A DNA stretch of 64,000 nt from contig MU054220.1 of NCBI GenBank assembly GCA_013239625.1, positions 4,527,374-4,591,373 of the forward strand, in the 5' to 3' direction. Shown here piece after piece: positions 1 through 12,532 of the stretch. Source of the DNA: Lama guanicoe. Lineage: Eukaryota. Numbering within the stretch: position 1 is the stretch's first letter; every line of letters begins with the position of its first letter. The notes beneath the pieces are model-generated. The model was given only the letters and a program-made list of their open reading frames with translations, had not been told where the DNA came from and searched no databases. Position numbers and translations under genes: made by a program.

Positions 1-2464
1 GGGAGGAAGGCCTACTTGCTTACCTCTAGAAGTTTGCTTGGGTATGGTCAGGAAACTCTTGTTTTGTCACTTGCCAGGAAGGTTGGATGAGAATTTGTCT
101 ATTTTGCCATAAATTGGATTGTGTCCCCTCAAAATGAGCTTCCCTCAGTACAACGGACAATGCCAGTCCAGTTGGCGGCAGAGTTTCTAAGAGATGCTAG
201 AGCTGATTAAGGAGGGATGAGATGCAGATGCCTGCCCTGGTGCACAGGAAAGCCAGGGGATAAATGAAGTGGCCTGGCAGTCAGCCTGGCCAGCAGGGCA
301 CTAGGGTGAGCTTGGGTCACCGGCTCTGCAGGAGCAAGCTCTGAGGCTCAGGGGCCTGGGGTTGCCCAGTAGATTATTCCACCTAAATTCTGCATGGCAG
401 AATTTAGCCTGTGCTTTCCATTCTGGTTCTGCCATCTTTAAGCCCTATGAAATGGCCTCACCACTTAAGAGGCTCAGTTGCCTAGTCTCTACAATGGGAA
501 CAGCAGAGCTTTAGGGAGGATTAGGGATTATGTATAAAGTTCCTAGGACGGTTACTGAATTGTCCTGGCAGGTTATTATTAAAGCTCAAAAAAGGGGCAG
601 CTAAAAAACTAAACCTGTTCTTCTTCATGCTACAGCCATTATATTTGCCCCCTCTGCTTTACAAGTAACGTTGGCAAAAAAAAAAAAAAAAAAAAAAGCT
701 TCACCCTTAATTCCTAGTTAAGATCTGCCACCAGTAAAACACAGCAACAGGTTGGAGCAGTCACTGAGCACGGGCATCCTTTGCCAGGGTCTGGAATCCC
801 TGTCTGGTCCTACACCCTGTACTTTTACTTTATGGCAAGTACCTACTTGACATTTTAGAAGGGACATTATCTTAGTGGTAGAAAGAAGCAGTTCTTGCGT
901 TTGACAGCAAGAAACAAAACCTTGCTCTCAGATGAAGAAACCCAGGTGGTGGCCCAAGCTGTGTGCTGAAGAGTAGGAATTCGTTTCCCTGACAGACATG
1001 GCAGTGATGAGGGAAGAGATCAAATCTGCAGCTGACGCAAGGGGAGAGCATGATCTAGCACTAGGAGAGATGTGGCAAGACCTGGAGTCATCTGCCAGCG
1101 CCTTCATTTGTGGGCATGGGAGAGGAATTTCCCCAGGTCATACATCCAACTCATAACCAAAGCTGGCTGCCCAACCCTGGCCGGGTTTTGTCTGTCTGAA
1201 TAGGAGGAAAGCTAGGAGTTAAAGAGAGGTTTGATTTTATTGTTATGGTGATTTGTACCTCCCGCACAGGAAGGCTTCCTATGAGGCTCAGATTTTATAA
1301 AGCATTTAGTGTTTCTTAGATAAAGGAGCTATGCACACGCAACCACATTTTAGAAACAGAGACTCTGACTCAAGAAGCCACAGAGCTTGTCAGAGAAGGG
1401 AGCCTGGCCAGGCAAAGCATCCACCTGAGTTCTGGGGAAGAGCCTGCCCAGCCTTTGGCACTTGATCATGATCACGGGGATCATCTATCTTACAGTATGG
1501 AATGGAAACAAGACCAAAAGCAAGAAGGCTTTGTAAACTTTCCCCACAGGCAGCAAGGGAAACTCTAACTCTCTCACCCTACTTTCATCCATTTAATTCC
1601 ATTCTCTTTCTCTTCTGTTTTCCCTGTCTTGGTTTGGAACTGATCTGGCACACTGCTCCTAAGTCAAGGGGTCAGGAAGACACGTGCTTTTATGATGCAA
1701 TGAGGGGCAGCCTCTGTTCTGTTTTGGGAACCTTGGTGACATCACAGACTAATGATTGAATCTTGGGAACTTGTGTAGAAGAGAGCACTGAGTCAGAAGA
1801 AAGCCTTAGTCATAGGGTTACTGAAATTGAAAGAGAACAGAACTATTAGGTAACTGAGTCTATTCCCTGCAGGACTGCTCCTTCTCCTATCTGGCTTGGG
1901 TTTAAATGACTTAAGTAATTCCCCAGGGGAAACTAATCTATGTGGAACAGCTGCCACTAGCAGGGCGTTTGCTGCTCTTCAGCCGAAATTTCTCATGACA
2001 TCATGCAATTATTCCTCCCTTTGAGGGGACAGTTTTCTCTTGTATTCCAAGTAGTCCAGGTGGCTGCTTGAAGATATGCCGGAGAGCACTGCTTCCACTC
2101 TTTATTCAGAGGCCTATAACCTGCCCGAGTGTGTCCTGGGAAGATGGGCAGGCAAGGAGACTCAGCTAAGTAAAGTGCTCCCAGAATACGCAGCTTTCCA
2201 TCACAATAGCACACAAGCCAAGATGTTTAGGAGTCAAGGCAGACTTCAACAGAGCTCTGTTTGGGTTTCAGCAGCTGTCTGCCTGCGGAAGGCTCCAGTC
2301 ACTGACGCATATTTGTATCTCCACTTTGCTAAAGTCACAGGGAACAAACATGTGCAGATTTACCCTGAAGGCAAAGTCCATTCATATTTCTTCAAATGAA
2401 GCGGAAGAGGGCAGGAAAAAACTGCTTATGGACAAAACCATCTGTGAGCACAGCCACAGCAGTT

Positions 2465-2470
2465 TTTAAT
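2465..2470 (-). terminator. Probable ALKBH3 polyadenylation signal ATTAAA
   Basis: About 210 nt after the stop, followed by a GT/T-rich tract (tggttttgt). Confidence 0.6.
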
Positions 2471-2676
2471 TTGCCTAAAGAAAATATGTGATTCCGAAGT
2501 GTGGTTAGGGATTACTGCTCCCTCAGTCACCATATTATAAACATGAACTGCTGGCTGCCATTTAACAGGACTTCAAGCTGGGAAGTAAACACCATCTTCA
2601 TCTTCCGAACAGCCACACCACAAGAGTAGCTGGGCAGCTTCTGGAAGTTTCTTCATGGTGGAAGGTCTGCTCAGTC

Positions 2677-2805
2677 TCAGCATGGCTTCTGTCTCAAAGA
2701 TCTCACATCAGCAGTGCGCCCCGCCCCTCGAGGGTCTGGATAAACTGTCCGAAAGGTCAGGTTTATTCGTGGTTCTCTAGAGTGGTACTCTTTGGGCACT
2801 CGATG
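2677..2805 (-). CDS. ALKBH3: ALKBH3 exon 10 coding part: HRVPKEYHSREPRINLTFRTVYPDPRGAGRTADVRSLRQKPC*
   Basis: atttag|CAT; distal His and RxNLTFR 2OG-binding motif; TGA at 2679-2677. Confidence 0.95.
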   Translation of the reverse strand, partial: HRVPKEYHSREPRINLTFRTVYPDPRGAGRTADVRSLRQKPC

Positions 2806-3199
2806 CTAAATGGAAATATGAATAACTCTGACATAAACACACTTACATTTTCACTTCAAAGCAATTGAAAACTTATTTATGAGGACACAGACATATTTCA
2901 ATTTTATCCCCCCTTTCATGAGCAGTAATAGCTCTTTACAGTCTTGTGGATAAATGTCTCCTTCTCTGAAACAAACCCCCACCCCCACCCTCACCATGAT
3001 ATGCCAGCGCCCTCACAGTAAGAAAGTTTCATCTTTTCTAAGTGGCGCTCTTCCTCTTAGCCTCCTGCCACTTTTCCAGAGCTCATAAGAAGATACATAA
3101 ATGGCTGAGCCCAGTGATGCATGAGATTCTCCTCTCATACTAAGTGTTCTGACATTAATTTGCACAACTTAAAAATGGCCTGGCCTAAGCTGTGGATCT

Positions 3200-3385
3200 G
3201 TGCAGCCCCATGTGCTAGCCACTGGCTGCCTGAAGCTTTTTAAATTAATTACAAATTCTGTTCTTCGGCACACCAACAGCATCCCACAAGCTCAAGAGTC
3301 ATTGTGTCTAGTGGCTTCTACACTGGGCTGCACAGATTCAGAATTTTTCCATCATCATGGGAAGTTCTATCAGACACCACTGCTG
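3200..3385. mobile_element. MER3/MER33-like hAT fragment in ALKBH3 intron 9
   Basis: gctagccact...caagctcaagagtcattgtgtctagtggct...agaatttttccatcatc pattern. Confidence 0.5.
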
Positions 3386-3569
3386 TGGAGGGCCACTTTG
3401 ATTGTAGGCAGTACCAAAACTCCTTGGAAATGATGCCACTTTATTGCCTCTTGCTTTTTATAAAAGCGACTTGCTTTTCACCACGTTTACTATAGAAATT
3501 AATAATCATAAGCCAGTCAGGAAACTGCCTCCTCATGACAGTGAACCCACAATACTTGCATGTTCTCAC

Positions 3570-3668
3570 CTGCCAGTCAGCTTGTGTGGCTCCTTCCATG
3601 ATTAACAAGGTCCCGTGATCCAAGGGGATCTTTACTCTGTCCACATACGTGTAGTCTCCATTCTCCTC
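3570..3668 (-). CDS. ALKBH3: ALKBH3 exon 9: EENGDYTYVDRVKIPLDHGTLLIMEGATQADWQ
   Basis: 99 nt, ttctag|GAG ... CAG|gtgaga. Confidence 0.97.
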
Positions 3669-6600
3669 CTAGAAAACAGCATTCATTGCACTGAATGTTC
3701 TGTTCGTGTGATCAAGATGCAGACTGTGACACTGGTCAAAGAAATGCCAATCTCCACTCAGCCAGATGGCAGGGCTTCATTTACTGGCTCTGTGACTTGG
3801 TAGCTGTTTGGCCTTAGGCAAGTTATTTCACCTTTCTGTTCCTTAATTCACTCATTTGTAAAATGCGGATGATCCTAGTACCTGCCACACAGGGCTGCTG
3901 TGAGCCTCAACTGATATACGTGTAAATCACTTGGAGACTGGCACATATTAAGTACAGTAATAACAGCTATTAGCATTAGTATTATCAGCATCCAAAATGC
4001 AGAAAAGCACATTCTGGCCTATGAAGGAATTCAAAGTCGTTTATACAAGAACTGTTTACATCCACCTTATGCTGTGCCTTGTGTTTTGACATAGTGTTAG
4101 GAGAATCGGCTTTCAAACAAGACTTTGGGATTTTGGAGATATATTTTTGTTTCTTTCCAGAACAGTCAACAGCAAGATTTTTTCAAAGAAGGGGGCTCTG
4201 CCTCGAACAGAACAGTGTTGCTAAACTGAAGACTGGATGTGGGAGCCTCTGCCAATGGATCGCGACTCCTGAGCGCCTAGCATCCAAATGCCTATGTCTA
4301 CACTGCTCCTTTCTTCCAGAGCTCAGTCAGTTCATGTCCAATATCATAACGAAGCTTCACAGCTCAGGCTGCAATGTGGCCGACAGGTGGTGCTACTCCT
4401 CCTCCACCGCTGACAAAGGGGTGCATTAAACCACTCCCTTGTTCACAGCGACAAAGAGCAAGTCAGGAATTAAGACTGGGACAGACCCAAGCTTCCTGAT
4501 TTCTTCGCCTTCATTCTGGGCAGATCCATCCACTCATCTGCTTTACTTCCGATGCAAGAGATTACACTGAGTTACTGCAGGATTGCTTTCACTGCAACGC
4601 TGTGTTTATGTTTATTATTGTAGGGGTGCTTCTGAGAACATAACTGTTTACAATGATTTCCCCCAGGAAAATCAAAATCAAAACAATAATGAACTTTCAT
4701 AAACAGTCTAGGTTCCAGGCCTCAACTCTTGGCAGTACAGGCAGAAGATACAAGCAATGTTTGAAACAGCTTTTGGTCCCAGGGACCGATTTTGTGCCTG
4801 CCATCTTTTGTCTTCCAGTAATAAGTGAGCACCAAAACATTACCTCTGACCCCTCAGCCAGCCAGAGAGCAGCAGGAAGGTGACCCTGTCCTCGGATGGC
4901 CCAGCTCCGTCTCAGAAAAGCAAAAGGCTGCTCTCTGAAAAAAAGCATTCCAGAGAAAGGAGTTGTATGCCCTACTAAAGAAAAGATATCAGAAGGGAGT
5001 GCACTGTTCATGAGATTAGAGGGTCCAAGGCTCCTTGATTTGGGCTGTAATGTCAGTTATCAGATAAAGGTTCAGCATAGCTAGAAACAGAACTGCCAGT
5101 ACCCTCTACATAATTCGGAAGTGCTACAGGGCCTTAACCTATAAATCAAGCACAGACACTAGGACAGGAGAGTAAAGTGCAGTAGACAGGAAAGACACTT
5201 AACCACAACATGAAGACAATCCTGAGATGAAGATCTCTTAGGACATTAGAACACTGGGGTAATACTGCACATCAACTATATTTCAATTTTTAAAAAAAAT
5301 TTAGCAATACACTAAGGAGGAAAAGCATGTTCTGGGAAAAAGGAATTGGGTATACAGAAGCCCATAAGCCAAGAAACTAGGGCCCAACCTGTGTACACAG
5401 GTGTCTGAGACCAGAGAGTAGGTGTGGGGAGTCATTTGGAGAATTAGCTGAAAAAGTTAAGAGTGAGCATTTTTCTAATCTAGTGTTGCTCTGCCAGAGC
5501 CACTATAATAAAATGCAAATTTGACCTCAGAATTCCTCTCCCTTGCTTAAAATACTTTAATGACATCCCAAAGGCTTTAGGATGAAGTTCAAATCCATTA
5601 GCTTGGCACCCACGGCTCCTGATGACCTGCCTGCTCCTCCTCTTTAGTTTTGTCTCCTACATCTCTCTCATAGGCCCTGTGCTCCAAATAAATGCAACAA
5701 CTCACAGTTTTCCAAACATGGAAAAAAAATTATTGGGGAGGAGGGGGTGCTAAGGCCAATGGAAAAGAAGCGGTAAGTACAGTAATTCTACCTGGAAGCA
5801 TGACGCAGGAACAGACCCAGCATGTGAAAGAGAATTCCAAGTGCCAGAGGGAAAAATCAGCAGGGACAGAAAGTGATGGTCAACAGAGCCACATTTCACT
5901 TAATGTTCCTAAGATCTAAGTTTTTCAAAAAAGAGAAAGCCTCAGGTTGGTTTGAAACACATTACATACATGGTACAACATGAGCTGTACCAAACAGCAA
6001 AAAGAGGGTGAGCCTTCATTTGGGAGGGAGCCACTCTGGTCAGTCCGAAGGAGCACACCCGCAGCGAGAGGTGATGTCACTACTCTGCTGCTTGTTATTT
6101 GTTCCTCCCAACACTCTTGGCTTAGGAGGCGCATTCCTATTTCACAGAAGGAGACAGACAGAAAAGAGGGCAAGAGATTCTACCAAGGCAACACAGAGCT
6201 CACAAATGCTTCCTTCTCCTGAGACCAGAGTAGCAACAGACCACAGAGTCACCTTTTAACTTAACCAAGACGTACAAAGACTTTTTTCACTTAGGAAGCA
6301 GACGAAAGGCCAGAGGAGCTCACGTGGCTGTGCACAAAGGCTCAGCTGATAAATGGATAAGGGACAGTGGAAGCACAGGTCGGACTGTATAGAGCAGCGC
6401 ATAGCTCACTCACAGCCATTAAGCGTGGCTACGTTACCAAAACATGTCTCTGCAACTCTTTTGATTTACTCAGGTCTTTCTTCAAAACAAAACAAAACAC
6501 ACTCCGAAAAAAGCCATGGCTTAAGATAAAATTTTCCATTCCTGATCCCAGTTAAAAGAAACTTTGAGGGGTCACATCAGCCTGCAGCGTGGATTTTGCT

Positions 6601-9600
6601 GTTGATGCTCTTGGTTTTCCACACAAATAGACAAAAAAAGCAAAAAAAAAAATGACACTTTTATATTAATGTTAATCAACATTCTCATTCCTTCCCCAAC
6701 CACAGCCAGTTCATTTGAATGCTTATAAGTTCCAACGAATGCTGGGCCTTTCCAAGGTTCCACAACTCTCACCAAGATCTGAGCCTATTCAATTTCCTTT
6801 AGAAAAATGCTATTTAGGGGGAAAAAAAAAACCTGGGGTGCTTTTATTGCTAAATCATTAATTACCAACCACCCAACAGATAAGAAATCTAAACAGTTTT
6901 CTTTTCTCTGGAAAAGGACACTTCACACTGTATGAGATCTATGCAGACTTCTCATGTAATCACACCTTTCTTGTCATAAAAAGGTATCTTAGAAATTACA
7001 AACATTGATGCTTGAAAATCATCATTGGCATAGTTTTTTTTTCCTACTATAAAAGTAACATAAGTTCACTAGAGTAAATGACATACTTGTAATTACCTGT
7101 TCAATGTCTGCCTTCCTGCTCTCTGATAAACTCCATGAGGGGAGGGCTATATTGTCTCTCCCTTTTGAAATGTGCTCAATGCTTATCACACATATCAATA
7201 AAGATGTCCTGAATGACTGAGGAAAAGCACCAAGACAACATAAAAATCACCTTTAATCCTGTCACCTAGAATTTATGCATAATTGTGTACTCTTCATTTT
7301 TAACATTATATTGTGAACATTTTGTATATCTTAGATAATACAGTATTTTAAAAATATGATTATATTCCTTTGTATGAACATGTCCTTCCTTCTTTAAACT
7401 CACATATTATTTTTTGACCACCTATATATGTTAGGCCCTGTGATGCTGCTAAAGATACAGCAGTGAGGTACACATGGTTGGAGACAGAGATTTTTATATA
7501 CCAGTAATTTAAAAAAAAAAAAGAAAAGAAAAGCTACTGCAAACAGTAGCTTTGTGCAAAACATCTCTGAGTTTACTTCTAGGATATAGATCCAAAGGGA
7601 GAAACTTCAAGGCACTTTGATTTACACTACCAAAATGCTTTCTTAAGAAGGCTGTGGCAATTTATAATTCCATTAGGAAAATATGACAGTACCTACCTCT
7701 GGCCACATCACCGATACGAAACATTATTAATTGACAGTGATGAAAAATAATTTAGGGGAGAAATGGTAACTCACTCTTCAAACACAGAGTTCTTTAATTA
7801 CTACCCAGCTCAGCACTTTTTCACATGTCTATGTGCTATTTGCAGTTCTTCTATTGCAAACTCTGTTATGTCCTTTGTCCACTGTTCTATGAGGTGTAAA
7901 TGTTCTTACTGATTTGTAACCATAGATAGTAAGGTATTTTCCCTTTGTTATACTTTCTGTAAATATTTTTCTCATTTGCTTTTTGCCTTTTAACTGCATT
8001 TAGGATTTTAACATAGAGCAGCTCAAAAACTTTTAGAGTCAAATCTGCTGATCTTTCTTTGGTTCTCCTTCACGGCTTTTTGCTTAGAAAGTCTTTTCTC
8101 ATCCTCAGGACTGTTAAATACACAACTGTATTTCCTTTTAGTTAAAAAAAAAGTCTACATTTAACTCTTCAATCCACCTGGAATTGGCTTTCTCCCCACC
8201 TCAGGCTTCTTTTTAATAACAATTTCCAGGTACTTAAACCAAGGCATCCTGCTCGACTTCCTGGACACAATCAACCATGGTGTACGCTGCTCAGGTGCCA
8301 GGCACATTAGGGACTATAAGTACACAGTATTGCTAATTCTCCCACAACCCTGTAAGGGATGTGATAGCTTCCATTTTACTATAAGCAAAGGTTGCTGGAG
8401 GGAAAGTATGTTTCTAAGGCAAAAGACTGGCAGAAGGCAGGCAGGCTAGTATGTGAATTTAGATCTATCTGCCTGGCTCCAAAACCTGTATTCTTTCCAC
8501 TTTACTGTGCCCTCCAAAGTGACCTCTATTCCTTCTGAGATCCTGTAATATTTCCTGTCTGAATTACATGGCACTCTGACTATACTCTAAGGGTCACAAA
8601 CACGAACAAGTAGCGTAAACGAGGGGCATGGGCCACATGCAACACAGTGGGGTGTGGCTGCAGGGCCTGCAGATAGGTGGTAGTCACTCTGTAGCGCCCT
8701 TACTGGTCCCCTGGTATTGTCCGATTTTCTCAGTTTCCCAGGGAGGCTGATAAGCGGAACTTTTACGAGAGATCTCTTGAGTTATACATTTTTAGCAACT
8801 AATTCAGTTTCTTTAAAAACATGGGGGAGTATAAACAAAACAAGTCTGAGCAGCAGATTCAGCTTAAGAGTGGCCCACTTTTGCTGCTGGTGGACCCACC
8901 ACATGACCCCTTCTTTTACGTCCATGTCGTGCTGTCTCACCTGGCCTCTAAGCTCCCAAGCAAGGCCACATGCTATCTGCTGGGCTTCTTTAATTCCTCT
9001 TTGCCATTCTGCATGGTAGTACCTGAGAGAAAGCTCAGGACACACATGCTACTACAAGTACCGTATTCTAATCTCAGGGACCCCAGTGCAATCCAAAAAG
9101 GCCATTCAAAGCAAGATATGCTCACAAGTTAATGCTCTTGGTCAACAGTGAAACATTTAGCTTTCTAAGCCATCTCTGATCTCCTAGATGAGCTACTTAT
9201 CTAAAAATTTTTCCAACTTTTTTACTAAAAGATGCTTAAAAAAAAACATAAATGAACAGACAGGTCAAACAAAAGAAAGTAGAAGCCCTCTACCTGTTTC
9301 TCATCCCCTAAGCTCACAGGAAGCACTTGACATGCAATAACTATTATTAGTTTCTGCACTGGAGACATCAGGAAAGACTTCAAGGCTACAGTGGGCCCCT
9401 GAAACCTGGAGAGGAGTTAAGTTAATGAGACGGTGGAGCGCATACCTAAGGAGTAAAGAGGTAATTCAACAGAATGGTGCAATCACAGACAACAGTGAGA
9501 CACCAAAGTAGGCTGGGCATAGATTATGTAAAGATTTGACAGTCTGGCTGAGGAGTTCACATTTTATCCTTTGTTCCAGTAGAAGCAAACGGAGTCTTCT

Positions 9601-9939
9601 GAGTTGGAGAACAAAGTGATGAAAGCAGTGAGCTCAGTCTTGGCTCTCTGCTCCTCTTTCTCTATTCTCTTGCCCTGAATCGATAATGTGCAATTCCAGA
9701 GCTTTACATATTATCTAGATTATTAGTTTCAATTCAACTCAACAAAGAGTTGAACATGCCATGTGGAGCAAGTGATTTAACCCGGGGCCTTGGCCACCTC
9801 ATCTGCACAATGGGGTAAGAGCAGCGCCGACTTTACAAGACTATCGGAGGACCGCATGTGACGCTCTCAGAACAAAGCCAGGCAGAGAGCCAGTACTATG
9901 CACTTGTTATTTATCATGCTCTTCTTTACTGTTGTTATT

Positions 9940-10590
9940 GTTGTTGTCCTGACAATTCCCAAATGATATCTCTAGCACAGGCCTGTCATCTGAACTCTAG
10001 ACTTCATAGCCAATGTCCTACTTCACATTTGGAAGTCTCTAGCATCTCAAACCTAGCACATACAAGAAGGAACTCTTGATTTCCTCTACAAATCCTCCCT
10101 ACACAAGAGCAAAATCAAACGCAAAAATCCCTGCTCCTTCTCTCTCTGAGGAAATACATGTCCATCCACCAACTGCTCAAGCCAGAAACCTAGCTCACTC
10201 TCAAAAACATACCTCAAATTCATTTACTTTGTTCCTCCCCACTGCCACCATCTAAGTCCAAATCAGCAGTCTCCCACTAAAAATACTGAAAAAACCTTTT
10301 ATTTAGTCTCCTTCTCTTGCCTCTCCCTGAATTATTATTCACACAGCAGCCAGAGTGTTCTCTTAAAAATATAAACCAGATCAAGTCACAACCTCATTTA
10401 CTTCCAATGCATTTAGAATAAAATCCAAACTCACAGCTCTAACTGTAAGTTATAATTATGTCTCTCTGTTCACTTGATTATTCTCTAGTCCCTGCAACAT
10501 CCCTGAGGGCAGGCCCGGTGTTTTTCATATTCACTGCTGTATCCCTGGAGTTGAGCATGGTATCTGCCACATAGTCGGTACTCAATTAAT
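9940..10590 (+). mobile_element. LINE-2 remnant (other L2 pieces near 11150-11700, 13530-13825, 29250-29750)
   Basis: L2-like phrases ccaactgctcaagccagaaacct and cacagcagccagagtg...aaaatccaaactc. Confidence 0.6.
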
Positions 10591-11884
10591 ATTTGGGAGC
10601 AGGAGGAGAGAGGTGAGAGGAGGAAGAGAGAGAGAGAGAGAGAGAAGCCATTCCTGAATATTCCTGGTATCTGGGTATCAGAACTTAGGGAGAAAAGACT
10701 GGAATTAAGGATATCAAGGTGGAAAAAGGTCATTTTCATATTTTAGACATGTGGTAAAGGGAGTCTGGGATGAAGCCACTGTTAAAATGATGATTTTTTC
10801 AGACATTTCAAGAAAAAAGAAGATTTGGGAACCGAAACAATTAAATGAGAGAATAAGGAAGAACTGAAAATAACTTACAAACTTATGATGTAAGACCTAA
10901 CCAAGAGAATAATGAGATCAAAAACATAAATGGACTTCTGAGCAGGTGGAATTGTGGAGTTTTTTGAGAGAACAATAATAAATTTAATTTTTCAATTTCA
11001 GGTTAGAAGTCACATGTGCTGTTATAAGTGGAAATGTCTCATGAACATGTATAAAGTAATAACTAGAACTTGAGATAAAAGTCAAACCTGGAAATAAGAG
11101 ACTCGGAAGTTGCTTCACCAAAGAAGAAATGGTTGAAGCCACAAGAACAAATGAAATCCCATTTATTTACATACTCAACCAAAATACACACACATACAGA
11201 ATGCTATATGTTGGGGACATAATGATAAACAAGACAGAAATGGATCTTGCCTATCTGGCGTTTACAATCTACTGCCAGTTCATAATCTCCTAAAAAGTAA
11301 TGCACACAAAGATAACAGAATTAAAGATAATCTTGAATATCCACATGTAAGAGGTTGAATGTAAAGAAAAAAAAAACTCAAAGGAGGCAGAGAAGTAGCA
11401 ATGAGAAAAGTGTGAGAACAGCTAAGATAATACAGTATTTCAGAAGCTAACAGGAGAAAGAAAAGGCGGCTAACAGATGGCTGAGTTTTAGGCAGAGAGG
11501 TGTTAGATACTGGTGACCAACATTACAAGGAAGAGAATGACAACTGAGAAAAGGCTAGTGTATATGCCCTTTAGGACAGCGGTCTCAGTTTATCAGCAGC
11601 GTGGTGAGGATGGATCCAAAGACCAGGTGTTCTAAAAGTGAGTTAAGTTGTAGGAAAGGGAAACTGCAGATGTAGGCAACTTATTCCAGAATTTGTGCTT
11701 CAAAATCAAGAAAAAACAAGATGTCAGAGTGTCCGCAAAATTAAGCAAAGGGTTTTCTCAAGATGGTAACAGGGTAAGGACTTCCCTAGCTTTCTGGTCC
11801 AAGAATCAGATTGGTGGTGGAGCTGCTTGATAGGTACGGTCAAGGCTTTTTTGCAGAGTGCAAGGATATTTGAAAACTAAATGC

Positions 11885-11926
11885 TAGCATGTGCTACAGC
11901 ACTTAGCATGTGCTATAGCACTTAGC
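11885..11926. repeat. 19-bp tandem duplication tagcatgtgctaYagcact x2
   Basis: Read directly. Confidence 0.85.
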
Positions 11927-12021
11927 CCCTGCAACCCACTGCCCCGTTAGATGCCCTACCTCCCAACTTACGACTATGCCAATAATGTCCTCCCCTCCTA
12001 TTTTCTAATCATTTCTTTCAG

Positions 12022-12181
12022 CTTGTTTGCCCAATCAAACTGTGGCGTTGCCTTGCCCTTGAGAACCTAGCTGACTTCTAGACTGCTGCATGGATCTCTA
12101 AGCTTGCAGCTATTTTTCGACTGCAAAGTTGTTCCCATAGCTCCAATATAAGAACACAGCTGGACTTTTTTGTTCATAGTG
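12022..12181 (+). pseudogene. Antisense-gene exon: LVCPIKLWRCLALENLADF*TAAWISKLAAIFRLQSCSHSSNIRTQLDFFVHS
   Basis: ctaat branch point + atttctttcag acceptor; G|gtaatg donor; one TAG at 12079. Confidence 0.6.
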
Positions 12182-12494
12182 GTAATGTATTTTTAAAATC
12201 TGACAAAACATATTATGGAAATTATGGAAACAGAGTAAAGAGAGGACCCCACAAAGTCATCTCTACAGAGTTATTTTGCTGACTTAAACCACACTTTGAA
12301 TGATCACATCCTTAACATTGATCTGAAATACATTACTTTAAAAAGAGAAGCAGCTGTTTCTGAAATAAGATCTGCCAAAGTAGGAGGATAGCTGGAAAAG
12401 CACAGATTTGAAATGACTGAGGTTATCTGTTCAAAACAATTTTGAACTCACTTGCCACACACAAATCTCTGGGTTTTTATCAAACTCCTTCCAG

Positions 12495-12532
12495 ATTTTT
12501 GGCATGGATTTGGCATGGAAGGTTCTGGTGAG
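12495..12532 (+). pseudogene. Antisense-gene 38-nt exon: (D)FWHGFGMEGSGE
   Basis: ctccttccag acceptor and consensus GAG|gtgagt donor; phase fits both neighbours. Confidence 0.62.

Noticed and set aside
8782..9045. 87-aa minus-strand ORF (YYHAEWQRGIKEAQQ...) as a nested sense-strand gene
   Set aside because: No phase-compatible partner exons found on the minus strand; better explained as the antisense shadow of the plus-strand segment
11760..11885. Plus-strand stretch LSGPRIRLVVELLDRYGQGFFAECKDI as another antisense exon
   Set aside because: Its splice phases do not fit the 9057^12022 phase-0 junction, and two frames are open, so it is ambiguous
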